Shown here: positions 14,421 through 20,000 of the stretch, one piece after another
Layout: each line of letters opens with the position of its first letter
Numbering within the stretch: position 1 is the stretch's first letter
Source: an uncultured virus (IMG/VR IMGVR_UViG_3300050509_000576)
Lineage: Duplodnaviria > Heunggongvirae > Uroviricota > Caudoviricetes
Reading direction: 5' to 3' (one strand)
Length of the DNA: 20,000 nt
IMG/VR virus record: IMGVR_UViG_3300050509_000576
Translations under genes and position numbers: made by a program
The notes under the pieces: generated by a model
Database searches by the model: none
What the model saw: the letters and a program-made list of their open reading frames with translations, nothing else
Told to the model about the DNA's origin: nothing

Positions 14421-14714
14421 GGTCTATAGGAGAAGCTCTCGCTCCCTCGCCACCCGCCGTTTTTGCTTGACATTCCCCAGCCGTCTCTCGCACACTAGTA
14501 GGGCGTATTTGATTCTGTTCTGTACATCGGCGTTGACGTTCCGTCTTGCGTACGGCTTGGGCGCCACAGTGGCGAGGGGGCCTCAACCGCCCTCTTGGCT
14601 CGCGCACGTCGAGCACGCCCATCTCACCCCTCATCCCTACTCTCTCTCTCTCTCTCCTTGAGCGGAGCGGAGAGGCGTGGTGGCGTCGTCACGTCCCTGG
14701 AAGGGATTGAAACC

Positions 14715-15053
14715 ATGGCCGAGCAGTCCCCGTGTCCGCACAGCAATATTGAAGCCCAGGTCCAGGCGCGCCCGACCGCCACGCTCCCCCAGGGCCAGCG
14801 CTATCAGGTCCTCGTGCGCCTCCGCTGTGCGGCGTGTACCACGCCACTCACCTTTGAGTTGCCCCCCGGCTTTGTAGGCGATTCCATGCACGCCGCGACG
14901 ATGAGCAGCGATGCCTACGAAGCACGCCTGGGCGCCACACTGAAGACGGCCGTGCCGACGCAGGACGTCGGCCCCTGGCTGGCGGTGACGGTGCTGCCCC
15001 AGGACACGACGCCGGCGCCCACGACCCCGCTGCCGGTCCCGGCTCCGGTGTAG
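14715..15053 (+). CDS. Conserved-looking hypothetical phage protein (CxH...CxxC)
   Basis: CPH...LRCAACTTPLTF; GAAGGGA RBS before ATG 14715. Confidence 0.6.
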   Translation: MAEQSPCPHSNIEAQVQARPTATLPQGQRYQVLVRLRCAACTTPLTFELPPGFVGDSMHAATMSSDAYEARLGATLKTAVPTQDVGPWLAVTVLPQDTTPAPTTPLPVPAPV

Positions 15054-15057
15054 TGCG

Positions 15058-16605
15058 ATGGCGCCCCCGCTCACGCAGCTCTCGCCCGAGCAACTCACGC
15101 TCGTCGCCATTGCCGAGCTCAAGCCGCATCCCCGCAACGACGGGACGCATCCCCCAGCCGAACTCGACCACCTCAAAGCCTCGATTACGCAGCACGGCAT
15201 TTACCGCAACGTCGTCCTGGCACAGGATGGGACCCTGCTCGCCGGCCATGGCGTGGTGGAAGCCGCCCGGGCGCTGGGCCAGACGCATGTGCCCGGCTAC
15301 CGCCTGCCGTATGCGCCGGACGATCCGGCGGCCCTCGCGCTGCTCGTGGGCGATAACCATATTGCGCGACTGCGCGAGCAAGATGACGCGCAGCTCACCG
15401 CCCTCCTGGTGGACCTCGCGGCCGAGGACCCCCTGGCGCTGCTCGGCACCGGGTATGACGCGGCGGCGCTCGACGCGCTGATCGCGCAGCAGACCGGCAG
15501 CGGCGAGGGGACAGGCGAGCAGGCCGGACGCGACGTGGCGCCCGAAGTAGACCGTGCCGAGGAACTCCGGGAGCAGTGGGGGACAGCCCAAGGACAGCTC
15601 TGGGCACTCGGCCCACACCGCATTCTGTGTGGCGACGCGACCGACAAGGCGGTGGTCGAGCGGCTTATGCAGGGCCAGCAGGCGCTCCTCTGCCACGCGG
15701 ACCCGCCCTATGGTATGGGCAAGGAAGCCGAGGGCATTGCCAACGACAACCTCTACGCCAGCAAGCTCGACGCCTTCCAGATGCGCTGGTGGCATGCCGC
15801 CCGCGCCAGCCTGGCAGCTAATGCCAGTGTGTATCTCTGGGGCAATGCGGAGGACCTGTGGCGGTTGTGGTATCAGGGCGGCTTGCAGGCGAGTGAACGG
15901 CTCACGTTTCGCAATGAGCTGGTCTGGGATAAGGGCGACGCTGGGGCGGGTGGTATTAGTCATCAGGGCGCCGAAGGCTTACGCCTGTATCCTGGTGCCA
16001 GCGAGCGCTGTCTCTTCTTCATGCTGGGTGAGCAAGGCTTTAGCACCAATGCTGACAACTACTGGGAGGGGTGGGAGCCGATCCGTGCGTATTTGAAACA
16101 GGAACGTGACCGTATGGGGTGGGACAATGCTCGCTGTAAAAGCCTCGCGGGCCATAGTCCTACGAGTGGTTGCCATTGGTTTGATGCCTCGCAATGGACC
16201 ATGCCCACCCGCGAGGTCTATGAAGCCTGGCAGCGGGCTGCCCGTGGCGACGGCTTCAAGCGTGACTACGACGACCTCAAGCGTGACTACTATGCCACCC
16301 GCGCCTACTTCGACAATACGCACGACAATATGACCGACGTGTGGGCCTACCCCCGCGTCAAGGGTGAAGAGCGTCAGGGTCACCCCACGCCCAAGCCGTT
16401 GGCTCTGATTGAGCGCACGGTGAAGAGTAGCACGCCTACGGGTGCCCTGGTCTATGAGCCCTTCCTCGGCTCCGGTACCACGCTCATGGCCTGTGAGAAC
16501 TTGGGGCGTACCTGCTATGCCTGCGAGATCGGCCCCGGCTATGTGGCGGTGACACTTGAGAGGTGGTCACAGTTAACGGGGGAGCAGCCCCAGCGGCTTG
16601 CATAA
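15058..16605 (+). CDS. ParB/Srx N-terminal domain fused to a beta-class N6/N4 DNA methyltransferase
   Basis: LKPHPRN...SITQHG...LLAGHG...DN; W.LGPHRILCGDAT; DPPY; HPTPKP; EPFLGSGTTL. Confidence 0.9.
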   Translation: MAPPLTQLSPEQLTLVAIAELKPHPRNDGTHPPAELDHLKASITQHGIYRNVVLAQDGTLLAGHGVVEAARALGQTHVPGYRLPYAPDDPAALALLVGDNHIARLREQDDAQLTALLVDLAAEDPLALLGTGYDAAALDALIAQQTGSGEGTGEQAGRDVAPEVDRAEELREQWGTAQGQLWALGPHRILCGDATDKAVVERLMQGQQALLCHADPPYGMGKEAEGIANDNLYASKLDAFQMRWWHAARASLAANASVYLWGNAEDLWRLWYQGGLQASERLTFRNELVWDKGDAGAGGISHQGAEGLRLYPGASERCLFFMLGEQGFSTNADNYWEGWEPIRAYLKQERDRMGWDNARCKSLAGHSPTSGCHWFDASQWTMPTREVYEAWQRAARGDGFKRDYDDLKRDYYATRAYFDNTHDNMTDVWAYPRVKGEERQGHPTPKPLALIERTVKSSTPTGALVYEPFLGSGTTLMACENLGRTCYACEIGPGYVAVTLERWSQLTGEQPQRLA

Positions 16606-16624
16606 CTTTTGGAACTTTTGGCCT

Positions 16625-17038
16625 ATGTCTATGCCGCAGCGCTATACCGCGAAGCAAGTGGCCGATGCCCTGATCGAAACGAAGGGCATGGTGTTTATTG
16701 CGGCCCAGCGCCTCGGCTGTAACCCCGAAACGATCCGCCTCTACTGCAAGCGCTATCCGTCCGTCCAGGCGGCGAAGGATGCCCAGCGTGGTATGATGCT
16801 TGATGCCGCGGAGTTGAAACTGTGGCAGTCCATCCAGAACGGCGAGCCCTGGGGCATTGCCTTTGCCCTGAAGACCATTGGCAAAGATCGCGGCTATACC
16901 GAGCGCCACGAACATACGGGCGAGGACGGCCACGACATCGTCTTGCGGGTCGTGTATGAGAATCCGCCGGCGGCTCCCCTGGCGTTGCCCGAGCCACAGC
17001 CCGTCCTGGAACTGCCCTCCCATGGGTCGCTCCCATGA
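16625..17038 (+). CDS. terS: Terminase small subunit
   Basis: HTH (AAQRLGCNPETIRLY), LDAAELKL...IAFALKT.GKDRGY.ER.E.TG.DG; ATGA overlap with terL. Confidence 0.75.
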   Translation: MSMPQRYTAKQVADALIETKGMVFIAAQRLGCNPETIRLYCKRYPSVQAAKDAQRGMMLDAAELKLWQSIQNGEPWGIAFALKTIGKDRGYTERHEHTGEDGHDIVLRVVYENPPAAPLALPEPQPVLELPSHGSLP

Positions 17039-18354
17039 CCGCGACGGCCGTCGAGCCCAGCGCCCGGCTGCTCCCAGTCACGATTCGGCTCAAATGTCCG
17101 CATGCCGAGCAACTACGCTTTCTCCGTTCAACAGCGCCCCGGCGGGTCATCCGTGCTGGACGCCGCGGGGGCAAAACCACGGGCCTTGCGATCTTTGCCG
17201 TCGAGGAATTTCTCAAGGGCGAGCGTGTGCTCTATGCCGTGCCGACCGCCGAGCAAGTGATGCGCTTCTGGCATGAGGTCTCGCTGGCGCTGGCCGAACC
17301 GATCGAGGCCGGGCTCTTTCGTAAGAACGAAACGCTGCATATTATTGAGTTGCCGGGCACCGAGCAACGCATTCGGGCGAAGACGGCCTGGAATGCCGAT
17401 ACGTTACGCGGGGACTACTGTTCGCGGCTCATTCTCGATGAGTGGCAGCTCTGCAATGAGGAGGCGTGGGAGCTCGTCGGGGCGCCCATGATGCTCGACC
17501 GGGCGAACAGTGTGGCGATTTTTTGTTATACTCCGCCCTCGCTGCGGGCGGCCGGAACGACCAAAGCCCATGATCCGCGCCATGCCGCCAAACTCTTTAA
17601 AGCCGCCAGCAGTGATCGCACAGGGCGCTGGGCGACCTTTCATTTTAGTTCGCATGCCAATCCGCATATCTCGCGCCAGGCGCTCCATGAGATTCTCCAG
17701 GATATGTCCGTACTCGCCCATCGCCAGGAGATTCTGGCCGAAGACATTGACGAGGTGCCAGGCGCCTTGTGGACGCAAGCGCTCCTCGACCGGACCCGGA
17801 TCACCACGAACCAACTCCCGGCCTTGACGCGGGTGGCGATCGCCCTCGATCCTGCGGGCACGTCGCAGGAGACGAGTGACGAGATGGGCATTGTCGCCGG
17901 GGGACGGGATGCGCAGGGCCATGGCTATACCTTGCGCGATGCCTCCCGACGCGGGACGCCGGCGGCCTGTGCGCGCCAGGCGATTCTGCTCTACGATCAG
18001 TTAGAGGCCGATGTCCTCCTTGGGGAAGCCAACAATGGCGGCGAGTGGATTGGCACGGTCATTGCCTTTGTGGCGCAAGAGATGTACCGTCAAGGCGCCC
18101 GACCCACGGCGTCCGTCCACTACAAGATGGTGCATGCAAGCCGCAGCAAGCAGACGCGGGCCGAGCCAGTGAGTGCCGAGTATGAACACGGGAGGATTTC
18201 GCACGTGGGCGTGTTCCCGGCGCTCGAAGAGGAAATGGTGTCCTGGGTGCCGGGCATGCCGTCGCCCTCGCGGATGGACGCGGCGGTCTGGTGTTTTACC
18301 GAGTTACTGCTCAATCAACCCAAGCCCCTGCGGCTGATGGAGATGCATATCTAA
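17035..18354 (+). CDS. terL: Terminase large subunit
   Basis: Walker A GRRGGKT, Walker B LILDE, TP motif, RQEILAE, and RNase H-like IALDPA...DE.G...E.NNGG...MDA. Confidence 0.93.
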   Translation: MTATAVEPSARLLPVTIRLKCPHAEQLRFLRSTAPRRVIRAGRRGGKTTGLAIFAVEEFLKGERVLYAVPTAEQVMRFWHEVSLALAEPIEAGLFRKNETLHIIELPGTEQRIRAKTAWNADTLRGDYCSRLILDEWQLCNEEAWELVGAPMMLDRANSVAIFCYTPPSLRAAGTTKAHDPRHAAKLFKAASSDRTGRWATFHFSSHANPHISRQALHEILQDMSVLAHRQEILAEDIDEVPGALWTQALLDRTRITTNQLPALTRVAIALDPAGTSQETSDEMGIVAGGRDAQGHGYTLRDASRRGTPAACARQAILLYDQLEADVLLGEANNGGEWIGTVIAFVAQEMYRQGARPTASVHYKMVHASRSKQTRAEPVSAEYEHGRISHVGVFPALEEEMVSWVPGMPSPSRMDAAVWCFTELLLNQPKPLRLMEMHI

Positions 18355-19904
18355 TGAGCGTCACCCTGCCCCACCCCGCCTATGCCGCTATGCTGCCCTT
18401 GTGGGGGATGCTGCGCGACGCCTATCTGGGGGAAGCCGCCGTCAAGTCGGCCCGGCCCTTGAGTGTCTCGCAGCGGGCCGGGGGCAGTGCCCTGGACGGG
18501 ACGGCGTACCTACCCCGGCCAGCGGGGATGCGCCGCGATGAACAATACGCCGCCTATCGGGATCGCCCGTCCTGGACGAGTGCGACCGAACATGCCGTAC
18601 ATGGCATTACCGGGTCCGTCTTTCGGCATGAGCCGCAACTCATTGGCCCTGCCACGCTGGAGCCCCAACTCGCCGATATCACGCAGACGGGCATTTCGCT
18701 CCGCATGTTCTGCGAAGAGGCCGTGCGCGAGACCTTGTTGATGGGTCGCTTCGGTATCCTCGTGGACTTCCCCACCGGGGACGTGACGCCGGACGGCCAG
18801 CTGCTCCCCCCGCCCCCGCAGAGTCGCCCCTACTGGGTGGCGTACCGGGCCGAGGAGATCATCAACTGGCGCACCATGCAACGCGGTGGGGATACGATCC
18901 TGTCACTCGTGGTCCTCAAGGAATGCGTGCAGGTTCCTCAAGGCGTGTGGGGCACGCCCGACTTCTTTGTGGTCAAGGATCAGATCCAATACCGCGTGCT
19001 CCGTTTGAATGAAGTGGGCCTCTACGAGGTGAGTCTGTGGCTGGAAGACCCCGTGGGCCAGCGGACCAACGCGCAGGCGGCGACGCTGCAACGCGTCTGG
19101 ATGCCCATGCGCCAGGGGCAACCGCTCGATTACCTGCCGTTTTGCTTCATGGCGCCGTTCTCGCTGGAGCCGACCCCGGAGAAGTCGCTCCTGGAAGGCC
19201 TCGTCCGCCGCAATTTCCTCAACTGGCGCCATAGCGCCGACTATGAGCATGCGCTGCACCTTACGGCCATGCCCCAGTTCTACATTGCGGCCAATATGGA
19301 AGCCCCCCCAGAGCTCTATGTGGGCGCCAGCTCGGCCCTCTTCCTCCCCGATAATCAAGCCAAGGTGGGCATTGTCGAATTTCACGGCCAGGGCCTCCAG
19401 CCCCACGAAAATGCCCTCAAGGCGGATTTGCAGATGATGGCGGCGATGGGGGCCCGGCTGCTCGAAGGCCCCCCGGACACGCAGGAGACGGCGACAGGGG
19501 TGCAGTGGCGTATGGCGGGGAGCGATAGTCCCGTGCAGAGCCTCGTGAGTAGCGTGAGTCAGGGGCTGACGTGGGCACTCCAGGTCCATAACTGGTGGGC
19601 TGGATTCAGTGAGAATAGTGATGAGCCTACCGTGCATGTCGTGCTGAACAAGGACCTCGTCTCGAACCTGATGCAGCCCCAGATGCTCCAGGCCTTGATG
19701 CAAGCCCTGCTCAATGGCACTATTTCGTATGAAACGTTCTATTTCTGTTTACAGCGTGGGGAGATTGCGAGACCGCTCGTGCCGGTGGAGGAAGAACAGG
19801 CGCTGATTGAAGATGAGCAAGCGCAACGGCCGCTGGTAACGCTGCCGCCAGGGCCAGGCACGGCTCCGCCAGGACGCAATGGCACGGCACGAACCGCGGC
19901 GTAG
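18354..19904 (+). CDS. Portal protein (DUF4055-like)
   Basis: Follows terL with a TAATG overlap; HPAY...W...RDAY.GE.AVK..YLP.P, GRFGILVDFP, YRAEEIINWR, SADYEHALH, ETAT, GTISYET. Confidence 0.88.
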   Translation: MSVTLPHPAYAAMLPLWGMLRDAYLGEAAVKSARPLSVSQRAGGSALDGTAYLPRPAGMRRDEQYAAYRDRPSWTSATEHAVHGITGSVFRHEPQLIGPATLEPQLADITQTGISLRMFCEEAVRETLLMGRFGILVDFPTGDVTPDGQLLPPPPQSRPYWVAYRAEEIINWRTMQRGGDTILSLVVLKECVQVPQGVWGTPDFFVVKDQIQYRVLRLNEVGLYEVSLWLEDPVGQRTNAQAATLQRVWMPMRQGQPLDYLPFCFMAPFSLEPTPEKSLLEGLVRRNFLNWRHSADYEHALHLTAMPQFYIAANMEAPPELYVGASSALFLPDNQAKVGIVEFHGQGLQPHENALKADLQMMAAMGARLLEGPPDTQETATGVQWRMAGSDSPVQSLVSSVSQGLTWALQVHNWWAGFSENSDEPTVHVVLNKDLVSNLMQPQMLQALMQALLNGTISYETFYFCLQRGEIARPLVPVEEEQALIEDEQAQRPLVTLPPGPGTAPPGRNGTARTAA

Positions 19905-20000
19905 GCGGGAGAAATGGTGCTCTGCAGATCTAAGAAAGAAGAGAAGATCTCGGAGAAAACCTCGATAAATCCCCTCCCCCCTCCCACCGCTGCAAGCGTA

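Noticed and set aside
14558..14621. tRNA gene
   Set aside because: Too short, no T-loop GTTC or D-loop GG consensus, and the terminal CCA is within the stem.
14848..15963. Long antisense ORFs (e.g. 14848..15963, 355..1167, 18903..19703)
   Set aside because: They are opposite-strand shadows of well-supported genes, expected in high-GC DNA.
16256..16290. TCAAGCGTGACTAC repeated with a 21-bp period
   Set aside because: It encodes an in-frame heptad (KRDYDDLKRDYY), a minor coiled-coil repeat of this MTase type, not a separate element.

Overview
GC-rich tailed-phage or prophage segment (Caudoviricetes-like). There is no integrase, tRNA, rRNA or CRISPR array in the window. The left ~13.5 kb is an early region, mostly on the minus strand. 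It holds a Redβ/RecT-like annealing protein, an amino-DNA methyltransferase with a repeated catalytic motif, a helicase loader-like gene, a replication initiator with internal 15-bp iterons, an antirepressor-like gene, VRR-NUC, a SWIM-finger protein, several HNH genes and many small ORFs. A plus-strand cassette headed by an Arc-like repressor interrupts it. A divergent switch at ~13.5 kb with three operators precedes an XRE regulator, an HNH homing endonuclease, a ParB-MTase fusion, the small and large terminases and a portal. Non-obvious elements: (1) a 435-bp protein-free IS200/IS605-type element that splits a conserved phage gene and appears to carry only a promoter and a structured RNA; (2) a circularly permuted twister-ribozyme-like sequence between two early genes; (3) an HNH gene that seems to have captured the MTase 3' end and whose RBS is sequestered in a hairpin; (4) two families of repeated gene-junction motifs. 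All family calls are by eye from motifs; no searches were run.
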